NCBI GenBank assembly: GCA_963785235.1
Contig: CAWAUM010000001.1
Span: 512,001 to 576,000, forward strand
Source: an uncultured delta proteobacterium
GTDB lineage: Bacteria > Desulfobacterota > Desulfomonilia > UBA1062
Direction of reading: 5' to 3'
DNA: 64,000 nt
A model generated the notes under the pieces. That model was given only the letters and a program-made list of their open reading frames with translations. It was not told the DNA's origin and ran no database searches. The stretch's first letter is position 1, and each line of letters begins with the position of its first letter. The translations under genes and the position numbers were made by a program. Positions 20,349-30,435 of the stretch are shown piece after piece.

Positions 20349-21731
20349 ATGCAACAGGCAAGGAAGAAGATGCCAAGAAAAAAGCAAGCTCACAAAGATG
20401 TACTGGCCAACAAACTCAAATCAGGATGGGAGATCCTCCAGGGAAAAGAGGGAAAGATAGATTCATACTGCCTCGGGTATCTCTCGTTTCTTTCCCAGGT
20501 GAAGACCGAACGGGAGGCTGTCAGCTACATCATGGAAAAGGCGGCCCGGGACAAGGGACTCATTGTTTTTGAGAACCGCGGTAAGGCCCTTGCCCTCTGC
20601 CGGGTCGGCACGAGGCCGCTGGCTGATGGGGTTAGGATCGTGGTGGCCCATCTCGACAGCCCCCGAATCGATCTGAAGGCAAACCCGCTGTACGAGGACA
20701 CCGAACTTGCCATGCTCAAGACACACTACTACGGCGGGATCAAGAAATACCAGTGGCTTGCCAGGCCTCTCGCCCTGCACGGCGTTGTGGTCAAGGCCGA
20801 TGGCAAACCGGTAAGGATCGTTTTCGGCGAGGATGAGAACGAGCCCTGCCTGATCATCGAGGACCTGCTGCCCCATCTCGCAGGCAAGGCACAGTACGGC
20901 AAGAAGCTGGAAGACGCCTTTGTGGGCGAGAAGCTCAACCTTATCTGTGGCTCCAGGCCGGACCTTAAGGCCAAGGAGGATAAGGTCAAAGGCCAGATCC
21001 TTACGCTGCTGAATAAGAAATACGGGATCATGGAGCAGGACTTCGTCTCTGCCGACCTTGAAATTGTCCCTGCAGGCCCTGCCCGGGAGGTGGGTCTTGA
21101 TGCCTCGATGATCGGGGCGTATGGACACGATGACCGCGTCTGTTCCTGGGCGGCCTTTGCAGCAGTACTCGATGTAAGGAAGGTGCCCGTTACCACCATA
21201 GTGCTGCTGGTTGACAAGGAAGAGATCGGCAGCGACGGCAATACGGGCGCCAAGAGCATGTTCATCGAGGAGGTCCTGTGGGCGCTGGGAGAAAAGCTCA
21301 AGCAGGACATCAATCCTGCGCGTGTCCTGTTCAGGAGCAAGGCGATCTCGGGCGATGCCAACGGCGCGCTTGACCCGGACTATCCCGAGGTGCACGAGAA
21401 GGCCAATGCAGCACGTATGGGCTATGGCATATGTGTGACCAAGTTCACCGGGGCACGTGGAAAAGTTGGTTCCAGCGAGGCACACGCGGAGTATATCGGC
21501 TGGCTCAGGTCTGTCCTGAACAGAAAAGGCGTCCCCTGGCAGACCGGCGAGCTTGGCAAGGTGGATGAGGGGGGAGGGGGGACAGTGGCGAAATTCCTCG
21601 CAGAGTACGGCATGGACATCGTTGATGCAGGACCGCCGCTGCTTTGTATGCATGCACCCTTCGAGCTTGCTTCCAAGGTGGATTGTTACTCCACCTACCT
21701 GGCCTACCGGGCATTCATGGAGGAGTCATGA
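20349..21731 (+). CDS. M18 family aminopeptidase
   Basis: KTERE, AHLDSPRIDLK, THYYGGIKKYQW, YGHDDRVC, DKEEIGS, GKVDEGGGGT, MHAPFE; start may be 20370. Confidence 0.92.
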   Translation: MQQARKKMPRKKQAHKDVLANKLKSGWEILQGKEGKIDSYCLGYLSFLSQVKTEREAVSYIMEKAARDKGLIVFENRGKALALCRVGTRPLADGVRIVVAHLDSPRIDLKANPLYEDTELAMLKTHYYGGIKKYQWLARPLALHGVVVKADGKPVRIVFGEDENEPCLIIEDLLPHLAGKAQYGKKLEDAFVGEKLNLICGSRPDLKAKEDKVKGQILTLLNKKYGIMEQDFVSADLEIVPAGPAREVGLDASMIGAYGHDDRVCSWAAFAAVLDVRKVPVTTIVLLVDKEEIGSDGNTGAKSMFIEEVLWALGEKLKQDINPARVLFRSKAISGDANGALDPDYPEVHEKANAARMGYGICVTKFTGARGKVGSSEAHAEYIGWLRSVLNRKGVPWQTGELGKVDEGGGGTVAKFLAEYGMDIVDAGPPLLCMHAPFELASKVDCYSTYLAYRAFMEES

Positions 21732-22372
21732 AGGAAAGGAATCTTGCCCATATGGGATCGTTGCTGGGCGGCGTTGTCCATAACCTCAATACGCCCCTGA
21801 TGTGGGTCATGGGAAGGGCACAGCTCCTCCAGTCAAGAAATGAAAACTTCGAAACAATGAAAAACCTCTCTGAAGAGGAACTCGCCAAAACCAAGCAGAA
21901 GAACGACAAGGACATCACATCCATCCTTGAAGGGGCTGATAAGATCGACTTCATCCTCAAGGGCCTCGGTTATAAGATCCAGATGGTCAATGAGGGATAT
22001 ACCTCAGTGGAACTCCGGGAATACCTGGAGATGGAAGTGAACTTCCTCATGGCCGATATGCGTTTCAAGCACGACACCAAGCGCGATATTGCGTATGGTC
22101 CGCGCTCCTACTATGCCAAAGTGGATTACAATGCGCTGTCCGGGGCCGTGTCGGGAACCATCAATACCATGATGGATTACACGGAAAAAGGCCGTTCCAT
22201 CAAAATTTCTCTCGACAACGGGATCATACATATCAGCTGCGCTGAGCTGAAGATGGATGACAAGGTCCGCAGCGAGATCGATGAGGCCTGCAGTGGCCTT
22301 TCGCCTGTGGCGGATGTACTTTTGGATGATACGAACGGCCTGAAGGTTACTATTGCCCTGAAGGACCTCTAA
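21728..22372 (+). CDS. Histidine-kinase-like protein (HisKA H-box, no sensor, degenerate ATPase domain)
   Basis: [17 protein letters not shown]-box at the very N-terminus; no DxGxG or GxGLG boxes in the C-terminal domain. Confidence 0.65.
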   Translation: MKERNLAHMGSLLGGVVHNLNTPLMWVMGRAQLLQSRNENFETMKNLSEEELAKTKQKNDKDITSILEGADKIDFILKGLGYKIQMVNEGYTSVELREYLEMEVNFLMADMRFKHDTKRDIAYGPRSYYAKVDYNALSGAVSGTINTMMDYTEKGRSIKISLDNGIIHISCAELKMDDKVRSEIDEACSGLSPVADVLLDDTNGLKVTIALKDL

Positions 22373-22842
22373 TGCCTTCTTTTCAGGTGATCAGCTGCCC
22401 GAACTGCGGTCACAGCATAAAGACCTTCCGTAATCCGGTACCCACGGTGGATGTGATTATTGAGTATGAAGGCGGTGTCGTGCTTATACTCAGGAAGAAT
22501 CCACCTCCGGGATGGGCCTTGCCTGGCGGGTTTGTAGACTATGATGAGACCGTGGATGCAGCCGTAATGAGAGAGGCCAAAGAAGAGACAAACCTCGACC
22601 TGGCAGGGCTCACAATGTTTTCCGTATACTCCGATCCCGCACGCGACCCTAGGCAGCATACCATTACCACGGTGTTTGTTGCACAGGGCCGTGGACAGTT
22701 GAAAGGGGGAGATGACGCATCGCAAGCACAGGTGTTCATGCTTGAACACCTTCCTGAGCTCGCATTTGATCACAACAAGATCCTAAAGGATTATCAGGCA
22801 TGGAAACATGGCCGGGACATGGGGCTTACCTATAAAAAATGA
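22372..22842 (+). CDS. NUDIX hydrolase (ADP-ribose pyrophosphatase-like) with N-terminal CPNCG
   Basis: [12 protein letters not shown]....A..REAKEET Nudix box, RDPRQH, LAFDH. Confidence 0.9.
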   Translation: MPSFQVISCPNCGHSIKTFRNPVPTVDVIIEYEGGVVLILRKNPPPGWALPGGFVDYDETVDAAVMREAKEETNLDLAGLTMFSVYSDPARDPRQHTITTVFVAQGRGQLKGGDDASQAQVFMLEHLPELAFDHNKILKDYQAWKHGRDMGLTYKK

Positions 22843-25407
22843 CAAACAGAAAAGAGATCTTTCTCATCGACGGCAGCTCGTACATCTACCGGGCGTTTTA
22901 TGCCATGAAGAGCCTCTCCACATCCAAGGGCATGCCCACCAATGCCATCTACATCTTTTCCAGGATGCTCCTGAAGCTCATCAAGGATAAAAAACCCGAG
23001 TTCATGTGCTTCGTGCGTGACTCCAAAGGCCCCACACAGCGGCACCTGATGTATGAAGAATACAAGGCAACACGGCAGAGAATGCCTGAGTCCCTTCAGA
23101 TCCAGATCCCCTATATCCTCCGGATCGTTGAGGCCCTTGGCATCCCCATCCTGGTCAAAGAGGGGCAGGAGGCGGACGACATCATCGCGGAGGCGGCGCG
23201 GAGGTTCAAGGGGGATGCCCGTATCACCATCATATCCGGCGACAAAGACCTCATGCAGCTCATAGATGAAGCAGTAACGGTGTGGGATACTCTCAAGGAA
23301 AAGGTCTATGACGCTGAGGCAGTGAAAGAGAAATACGGGGTCTACCCGGAATATATCGCTGACCTGCTGGCCATCATGGGCGACAGCTCGGACAACATAC
23401 CCGGTGTGCCCGGCATTGGTGAAAAGGGCGCCCTGGATCTCATCAACAAATATGGGCATGTATCCGACATCATCGAGCATGCACAGGCAATCGAGGGCAA
23501 AAAGGCCAGGGAGGCTATCTTGAACCATACGGATAAGGCCCTTTTAAGCCATGAACTCGCCCGGCTCGACAGAGAAGTGGCAATGGACTTCGATTTGAAC
23601 AACATGCGCATGAAGGAAATGGACGTGGAGAAGCTCTCGCAGCTTTTCACGGAGCTCGAATTCAGGGCGCTGCAGGCCGGGCTTGCCGGTGAGGTGCCAA
23701 AGGCCCCTGACGGTCTTTGAGGGCACAATCGAATACGCCTGCAACCCATCCATATCGACAGAGGCAGGGATGTACGTGATGCAGGGATCCTGTTCGGCAG
23801 TATCCCAAGGGGAGCTCACCTATGTCTGCAAGGAAAAGGATGCCTGCCTCGATCCCTTGAAGCGGCGCCATATCAGGCTCGTCATGCACAATGCAAAGGA
23901 AGCCCTGGTGCAGGCCAAGCTCAGGGGCATTGATCCCGACCCTGAGATCTTTGATACCATGCTTGCCGCCTACTGCTGTGATGCCGCAACCGGCGAGACC
24001 ACTGTAGAGGACCTTGCCAAGTCCTGCCTTGACAGGGACATACCCCGGACCAAGGAGCTGCTCGGTTCAGGCAGGAATGCCAGGGTCCTTAGCGACCTGG
24101 GTCATGATGAGCTTGACCACTACCTTGCAACCCATGCCCACTTCCTTATGCCGCTCAAAGAGATTCTTTCAGGACGCATGGCGGAACTCGGGGTGGACAA
24201 GCTCTTTTACGAGATAGAAACGCCCTTGCTGGATGTGCTCTCAACCATGGAGGCCATCGGTGTGCTTGTGGACCCGGATATCCTCCTTGCTATATCTAAG
24301 GAAATCGATATCCAGATGAAGGGTATGGAGGAACGGATATATACCCATGCGGGCAGGCCGTTCAACATCAATTCCCCCAAGCAGCTGGGTGAAATCCTTT
24401 TTGTAGACCTCAATCTGCCCATGGTGAAGAAGACCAAGACCGGGTTTTCCACGGACAGCGCAGTGCTGGAGGCACTTGCGCCCAGACACGAGCTGCCGGC
24501 CATAATCCTTGACTGGCGCATGCTCACCAAGCTCAAGAACACCTATGTGGACACGCTGCCCACCATGATCGACCCTCTGACAGGGCGCGTCCATACACGG
24601 TTCAACCAGGCCGTCACAGCAACGGGAAGGATATCGTCTTCCGAACCCAATCTCCAGAACATCCCCATACGCTCGGACATGGGCAGGCGCATCCGATCTG
24701 CCTTCACGGCCCCCAAGGGCTTTTCCATCCTGAGCGCTGACTACTCCCAGATCGAGCTGAGGATACTCGCCCATATAACCAAGGATGCCACCCTCATGGA
24801 GTCCTTTGAAAAGGACATGGACATCCATACCCGCACCGCCTCCGAGGTCTTCGGTGTGCCGCTGGCCGAGGTCACCGAGAACCTCCGCCGCCAGGCCAAG
24901 ACCATCAACTTCGGCATCATCTACGGCATGGGCCCGCACAAGCTCTCTGGAGAGCTCGGGATAAAGCGCGATGTGGCAAAACGCTACATCGACAACTACC
25001 TTGCCAAGTACCCCGGTGTGAAGGGGTACATGGAGGGTATCGCGCGTTCTGCCGAACAGGAAGGCTTTGTAACGACCATCATGGGCAGGCGCAGGAGCAT
25101 CCCCGAGATCGCCTCGAACAATTTCAACGAGCGCGAGTCAGCCAGGAGGATCGCCATAAACACCCCTATCCAGGGGAGTGCAGCAGACATCATCAAGATG
25201 GCCATGGTGAAGATCCATGAACACATGAAGAAAATGGAGAGCTCGATGATCATCCAGGTCCACGATGAGCTGGTCTTCGAGGTCGCCGACCATGAGATGG
25301 AGCAAGTCCGGGAAATGGTGAAATCCGAGATGGAAAACGCCTATCCTTTACTGGTGCCGGTAAGGGTAGATATCGGGGTGGGGGAGAACTGGGCGAAGGC
25401 GCATTAG
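22839..25407 (+). CDS. polA: DNA polymerase I (apparent frameshift near 23710)
   Basis: 5'-3' exonuclease [33 protein letters not shown]; polymerase [42 protein letters not shown]. Confidence 0.95.
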
Positions 25408-25459
25408 GATTGTCAGAAAAAGGATCATCCTGATCAAGCATATTTTTCAGGCATATGTT

Positions 25460-26794
25460 TCAATCCAAGATCCTTTTCCCTATGGTGTCGTCTCCGGGCG
25501 TTGCATTCGAGACCAGGATCTTATCAATCCGGTTGCCATCCATATCCATGATCTCAAAGCGCAGGCCGTCCGCCTCGAACGTATCACCTGCTGTGGGGAT
25601 GCGCCCCATCTTTGTCAGCACGTAACCGCTCAGGGTGAGGTACCTTCCCGGTTCCTCATCCGAGAGCCGCCCAAGCCCGAAGATTTCCTTGAACTCATCC
25701 ATTGGCAGCATCCCATCGAGCAGCCATGAGCCATCCTCACGCTGCACTGCATACGGTTCATCGGTCTCGTCCAGGGACGGCATGTCTCCGACAATGGCCT
25801 CCAGGATGTCGTTGAGTGTCACCAGGCCCTTCACGGTCCCGTACTCATCCACCACAAGGATGATGTGGGTGCGACTCTCCTTCATCTTCTCAAGCAGTTT
25901 CAGTGCAGGTAGAGTTTCGGGTACGAACATGGGCTCCTGCAAGACGTCTTTGATGTCGGGAATTCCGCAGACCAGGCATTGGTTCAACAGGTCCTTGGCA
26001 CGAAGTATCCCCTCAACATTGTCCAGGTCTCCCCTGCATACCGGTACTCGTGAATAGACGTTGGAAGTCAGTATTTTCAGATTCTCATCCAGGGAATCGT
26101 CCATGTCCATCCACACTATATCCTGTCTGACGGTCATGAGCGAGCCTACGGTTCGGTCGCCCAGGCGGAACACACGTTTGACCATGGTGTGCTCGGCAGG
26201 TTCAAAAACCCCGGCCTGGGTGCCCTGCTCTATCATGACGTTTATCTCCTGCTCAGTGACAGGGGGCTCTTTCGAAGCCCGCAGCCCGATAAGGTGTGTC
26301 ACCACATCCGTGGAGAGGGTGAGAAAGGAGACAAGGGGTGAAACCAATGCGGAAAGCCACTGCATGGGAAGGGCTACCAGGGATGCGATGCGTTCTGGGC
26401 TGTGCAGCGCGATACGCTTGGGTACAAGTTCCCCGATGACGAGAGACAGATACGTGATAACGAGCACCACGAGGCCCAGGGCTATGGAATCGGCATGGGG
26501 GGACAGAGAAGGAAAGGCTTTAAGATATGCGGCGATCTCTTTGGCGATGGTAGCACCGCCGAAGGCCCCTGCCAGGACCCCTATTAATGTAATCCCGATC
26601 TGAACAGTGGACAAGAAACGGTTGGGTGATTCGGCCAGTTCGAGGGCGGCCTTGGCTTTATGGCCACCTTCTTTGGCCAGCTGCTGCAGCCTTGCCTTGC
26701 GGGAGGCCAATACGGCCACCTCGGCCAGAGCGAAGACGCCGTTGACCACGATGAGCAGGAGAATTATGAGGACTTCTTGGGCCATGTCATGCAT
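25460..26794 (-). CDS. HlyC/CorC family (DUF21/CNNM + CBS + CorC_HlyC) membrane protein
   Basis: NGVFALAE.A, FLSTVQIGIT, GELVPKRIAL, YSRVPV, VVDEYG...GLVT..DILE.IVGD, DGSWLLDG, DMDGNRIDK. Confidence 0.93.
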   Translation of the reverse strand: MHDMAQEVLIILLLIVVNGVFALAEVAVLASRKARLQQLAKEGGHKAKAALELAESPNRFLSTVQIGITLIGVLAGAFGGATIAKEIAAYLKAFPSLSPHADSIALGLVVLVITYLSLVIGELVPKRIALHSPERIASLVALPMQWLSALVSPLVSFLTLSTDVVTHLIGLRASKEPPVTEQEINVMIEQGTQAGVFEPAEHTMVKRVFRLGDRTVGSLMTVRQDIVWMDMDDSLDENLKILTSNVYSRVPVCRGDLDNVEGILRAKDLLNQCLVCGIPDIKDVLQEPMFVPETLPALKLLEKMKESRTHIILVVDEYGTVKGLVTLNDILEAIVGDMPSLDETDEPYAVQREDGSWLLDGMLPMDEFKEIFGLGRLSDEEPGRYLTLSGYVLTKMGRIPTAGDTFEADGLRFEIMDMDGNRIDKILVSNATPGDDTIGKRILD

Positions 26795-26902
26795 GAGCGA
26801 ATTATCATCTTAGCATGGTTGACTCTTTGGGTAAAGTGCGTTCAACCTGAACTAATATTGACTATTAGAAAGATGTTGAGGTATTTTGATAACCAAGAAT
26901 AA

Positions 26903-26961
26903 GGGTGTAGTGACCTGACGACAGGTCGCCGCAGGACAAAAGGATGGTCGGGCCGCCATCC
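26903..26961 (+). promoter_or_regulatory. nhaA-I-like (Li+/Na+-sensing) riboswitch aptamer, copy A
   Basis: GGGTG, stem GTGACCTG/CAGGTCGC, CAGG, A-rich linker, GGATGG-TCGGGCCG-CCATCC; matches my recall of the nhaA-I consensus (GGGUG...CAGG...UGGUCGGGCCGCC); 5' UTR position. Confidence 0.75.
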
Positions 26962-27039
26962 AGAGATGCGACAGGATTTGTAGCCTATCGCAAGCCCCAT
27001 CGATTCATCATGTCGAAGGGGAAACCTCTGGAGGCACTT

Positions 27040-27378
27040 ATGGATAAGGAACCGCATCAGAATAACCCTCAAACAGAGCAGACTGGCTGTCTCGCAGTCA
27101 TAGTGCGTATCACCTGGATGGCTCTCGGCAACATGTTACTGGTCATCGTAGCCTTTTCCATTGTCCAGCAGAGGGCGGGTATTGTGCTTGACGTCATATT
27201 CTGGGCTGTGGTGACAGGCCTCATACTTATTCGGTATATAGATATCAACATCCTTGGCGGCCAGACAACGGACTTTAAACCGGCAACCCTTCAACACTGG
27301 CGTCGATATTCTCTGCTGCTTCTTCTCGCTTCCGCGGTGCTTTGGCTCCTTGCTCATGGAGCAGTCCACGTACTCTAA
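27040..27378 (+). CDS. Small hypothetical membrane protein (3 TM) downstream of the riboswitch
   Basis: GGAGG RBS before ATG 27040; three hydrophobic segments. Confidence 0.75.
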   Translation: MDKEPHQNNPQTEQTGCLAVIVRITWMALGNMLLVIVAFSIVQQRAGIVLDVIFWAVVTGLILIRYIDINILGGQTTDFKPATLQHWRRYSLLLLLASAVLWLLAHGAVHVL

Positions 27379-27484
27379 GCTGGAATACCGTACAAGACAA
27401 GATGAGGGAAGTGACCATACAAAGAGAACGGCCGATACACAGAGATCACAGGTACCGGCTCTATAGGTTTATTATAAAAACCAT

Positions 27485-28252
27485 ATGAAAAATGAAGCAT
27501 ATAAAAACGAGCCGTGGCGGCTCATTATTTTCACTGACCTGGACGGGTCGTTGCTGAACCACGGCGACTACTCCTGGGAGGCCGCCCGGCCAGCTTTGAA
27601 CAGGATACGGGAGCTGGACATACCTTTAGTGATCTGCACGAGCAAGACCAGGCAGGAGGTGAAGGTCATCCAGTATGAGATCGGTATCCAAGGGCCATTT
27701 ATCGTGGAGAACGGCGGAGGTATTATCTTTCCGCAGGAATTCAGAGCTATCCAGATAGGCAGCGCTATCATCACTGACAACTACCGGTGCATACCCTTGG
27801 GTCTCTCCTATGCCAGGATAAGATCGTTCATTAAAGAAGTGTCCAAGGACTTCTCCATCAGGGGATTCGGGGATATGAGCGCGGAAGAGGTCTCGCAACG
27901 CACCGGTCTCCCCATCGAGAAAGCCACCCTGGCAAAGGAACGGGAATTCACCGAACCTTTTATTCTGGAGCATGAGGAAGAACTGAAATCCCTGAGCAAA
28001 ACTGCCAACCTCAAGGGATTTGCGATCACCAGAGGCAGCAGGTTTTTCCACTGCATGGGTTACGGTAACGACAAGGGCGGCGCGGTCAGGAGGGTGAGCG
28101 AGGCGTTTTCACCGCACTGCGGGACTATGCACGGGAAAAGATCGAACGCCTCGGCAGCGCAGGGTCATACCAGATGGTTATCTGGGCTTCACATCTCCAA
28201 GCTTCTCGACCAGCTTGATCTCGAAAGGCTTGCTTGCCTCACCGAAATATAG
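27485..28252 (+). pseudogene. Mannosyl/glucosyl-3-phosphoglycerate phosphatase (HAD-IIB, YedP/MpgP-like), C-terminally truncated
   Basis: FTDLDGSLL, CTSKTR.E, PFIVENGG, REFTEPF, RGSRFFH, DKG.AV; HAD motif IV (GDS.ND) absent in all frames I checked; the tail overlaps the convergent gene. Confidence 0.75.
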
Positions 28253-29098
28253 TGACTGGTGGGGAAACGGTATCTCGATTTTGTTTGTATCAAAGGCATA
28301 TTTGATGCGCCGGAGGAATTCGCGCCCCACCACCCACTGCTGGATCGGCTTGGTTTTAATGCGGCCCTTGATTACCACGGCCGAATCGCCGAACTTGTCC
28401 ACGCCGAAGATCTCCGGCACATCGAGCATCAGGTCTGCAAATGCAGGGTCCTGCTTCATTCCGCTGCCCACCTCTTCGATGATCTTCACTACCGAATCCG
28501 TGTCCTGTTTGTAGGCCACCCCGATGTCGAAGACATAGGCGGACCAGTCTTTGGTCATGTTGCTCAGAGAAGTGATAATCCCGTTGGGGAACACGTGGAC
28601 GACCCCTGCAAGGTCACGCAGTACGATGGTGCGGAAGTTTATGCTTTCCACCAGGCCCGAGGTGCCGTTGATGATGGCCACATCGCCCACCCTGATCTGG
28701 TTCTCCAGTATAAAAAAGAACCCGGAGATGACATCCCTGACAAGATTCTGGCCGCCGAATCCGATAGCCAGGCCTGCTATCCCTGCTCCGGCAAGGATCG
28801 GGCCTATCTCGATGCCCAACTCCTTGAGCAGGATAAGCGCAACGATGACCCACAATGAAATGAGCACGGCCTGCCTGATAAGGCGTGTGATGGTCTCGAT
28901 ACGCTTAATGGATTCAGTTACAGACTCTTTTGCTGCCTCACTTCTGAATATAAGGTGCTGCCTGAATCTTTTGAGCATCTTCCTCAGGACAACAGAGGCC
29001 AGCCATGCTAGGAACAGGATCATTACGATGCGGAAAGTGCCTGCGATGAGCATGTTCCAGTTGACTCCCCGGATATAGCTGATGAATGTATCGATCAT
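28178..29098 (-). CDS. Small-conductance mechanosensitive channel (MscS family, YbiO-like)
   Basis: ILAGAGIAGLAIGFGGQNLVRDVISGFF, ENQIRVGD, G.VE.INFR, PNG.I..LSN, IEIPFP. Confidence 0.93.
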   Translation of the reverse strand: MIDTFISYIRGVNWNMLIAGTFRIVMILFLAWLASVVLRKMLKRFRQHLIFRSEAAKESVTESIKRIETITRLIRQAVLISLWVIVALILLKELGIEIGPILAGAGIAGLAIGFGGQNLVRDVISGFFFILENQIRVGDVAIINGTSGLVESINFRTIVLRDLAGVVHVFPNGIITSLSNMTKDWSAYVFDIGVAYKQDTDSVVKIIEEVGSGMKQDPAFADLMLDVPEIFGVDKFGDSAVVIKGRIKTKPIQQWVVGREFLRRIKYAFDTNKIEIPFPHQSLYFGEASKPFEIKLVEKLGDVKPR

Positions 29099-29261
29099 GT
29101 GTTGTCATCCTCCAAGTTTATTGGCCTTCCTCATTATCAGGGAATTACCCCGGCTTCTGTTCGCTTTTCAAGCGACAAGGCCTCTTGTTTGAGCATCGTA
29201 TACGTACATGGTTGGTAATGGGAATAGATATCCTTGATAATATGTCCTGGGTATTTTGAAA

Positions 29262-30107
29262 TCAATGATCAATCAGACTCGAATCCGACTCTTCAACCAG
29301 TGTTACTCCCGAGTTACCCAGGTTATGCACCAGCTCGGCACCCAGGAGGAAGATGCACGCGGCGAAGAAGATCCACAGGAGGAAGATGACGAATGCAGAA
29401 AGCGGTCCGTACACATTGCCGAACTCGGTGATCTTCATCACGATGTAATAGGTGAATACATGCTTCGCAGCCTCGAAGAGCACGGCCGTAAACAGGGCGC
29501 CGGTAAGGGCATGGCGCGTCCTCACCCTGGTGTGGGGCAACACCATGTAGAGACCCGAAGCGATTATGAACACGAGGAAGGCAGGCAAAACGATCCCTAC
29601 GGGTACGCTCATCATATCCCAATCCCTGAGTCCGGGGAAAAACCTGGCCAGTGGACCGATGAGCGAGATGAGCGAGGTCGCGCCGAAGGAGATCATGATA
29701 AAGACGATGAGCACGTTGATGACGAGCAGGGAGAGCATAAGCGACGTGAGCAGCGGACGCTTCCCGTGAGTGCCGAATATGGTGTTGACCGCGCTCTCCA
29801 GGGAATAAAAGAGCTGGTAGGAAAAATAGGCGTACACGGCCAGGGTGAACAGGCCGATCCTCTTGTAGGCAATGATCTTGCCAAGTTCTTCGTTGATCTC
29901 GCTGGTGGCGTCCGGAAAGAACCCCGAGAGCCGTACTGACAGAAAATCATAGAAGGCCAGGTGCTCACCGAGGATATAGCCGAAGACCGACACGAGCAGG
30001 AGGAAAAACGGGACCAGTGCCATGAGGGAAAAACAGGCGATGGCGCCGGCCAGCATGAGGCCGTTGTGCCTGAAAAAATCAGCAATGCTCTTCCAGAATA
30101 TTTTCAC
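29262..30107 (-). CDS. YihY/virulence factor BrkB family membrane protein
   Basis: AGAIA.FSL.ALVP, LE.AVN.IF, LY..LP, GALF..V.FE..K..F..Y, VYGPL, LLW.F, LLGAE. Confidence 0.9.
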   Translation of the reverse strand: MKIFWKSIADFFRHNGLMLAGAIACFSLMALVPFFLLLVSVFGYILGEHLAFYDFLSVRLSGFFPDATSEINEELGKIIAYKRIGLFTLAVYAYFSYQLFYSLESAVNTIFGTHGKRPLLTSLMLSLLVINVLIVFIMISFGATSLISLIGPLARFFPGLRDWDMMSVPVGIVLPAFLVFIIASGLYMVLPHTRVRTRHALTGALFTAVLFEAAKHVFTYYIVMKITEFGNVYGPLSAFVIFLLWIFFAACIFLLGAELVHNLGNSGVTLVEESDSSLIDH

Positions 30108-30172
30108 TGAATCCTTTCTTCACACAGAGCTAACCAACCCAGTTTCGTAGAGGCATTCTACTAGAACAATGC

Positions 30173-30204
30173 GAAAGCCGCCATCCGATTCAACGGAAGG
30201 CGGC
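30173..30204 (-). terminator. Putative riboswitch-controlled terminator overlapping the aptamer 3' strand
   Basis: Minus strand GCCGCCTTCCG-TTGAAT-CGGATGGCGGC-TTTC; the left arm is part of the aptamer; U-tract is short. Confidence 0.55.
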
Positions 30205-30240
30205 CCGACCATCTAAATCCTCCGGCATTAAACCGGACCC
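30196..30240 (-). promoter_or_regulatory. nhaA-I-like (Li+/Na+-sensing) riboswitch aptamer, copy B
   Basis: Minus strand GGGT-CCGG-TTTAATG-CCGG-AGG-ATTTA-GATGGTCGGGCCGCC-TTC; shares GATGGTCGGGCCGCC (15 nt) with copy A; TATAAT 12 nt upstream. Confidence 0.72.
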
Positions 30241-30394
30241 AATCATTTATTTATTATAGTTTTTTTAACTTAGTTGTGATGGTTAGTCAAATAGAGAAAA
30301 ACATGTGCCGAAGTAGGAAACAGGGGGAGACGTTCGTCTGTGATCAAGTCGTTGTTAAATTGGCACAAATCATAGAAGTACTAGGAATGAGACT

Positions 30395-30419
30395 GTAGGG
30401 GCGGGCCTTGTGCCCGCCC
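30395..30419 (+). repeat. GTAG-type REP element
   Basis: GTAG-GGGCGGGC-CTTGT-GCCCGCCC; GTAG tetranucleotide plus GC-rich palindrome just after the acyl-CoA dehydrogenase stop. Confidence 0.65.
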
Positions 30420-30435
30420 CATGTCTTTATGAATG

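Noticed and set aside
18322-21653. Long antisense ORFs (18322-19239, 20463-21653 and similar throughout)
   Set aside because: Shadow frames of well-supported GC-rich genes on the opposite strand
23683-23720. Naturally split polA or programmed frameshift
   Set aside because: No slippery sequence or dedicated RBS; fits the window-wide indel error pattern
29256-29939. 227-aa charged ORF on the plus strand
   Set aside because: Exact antisense of the hydrophobic YihY gene, which explains its composition
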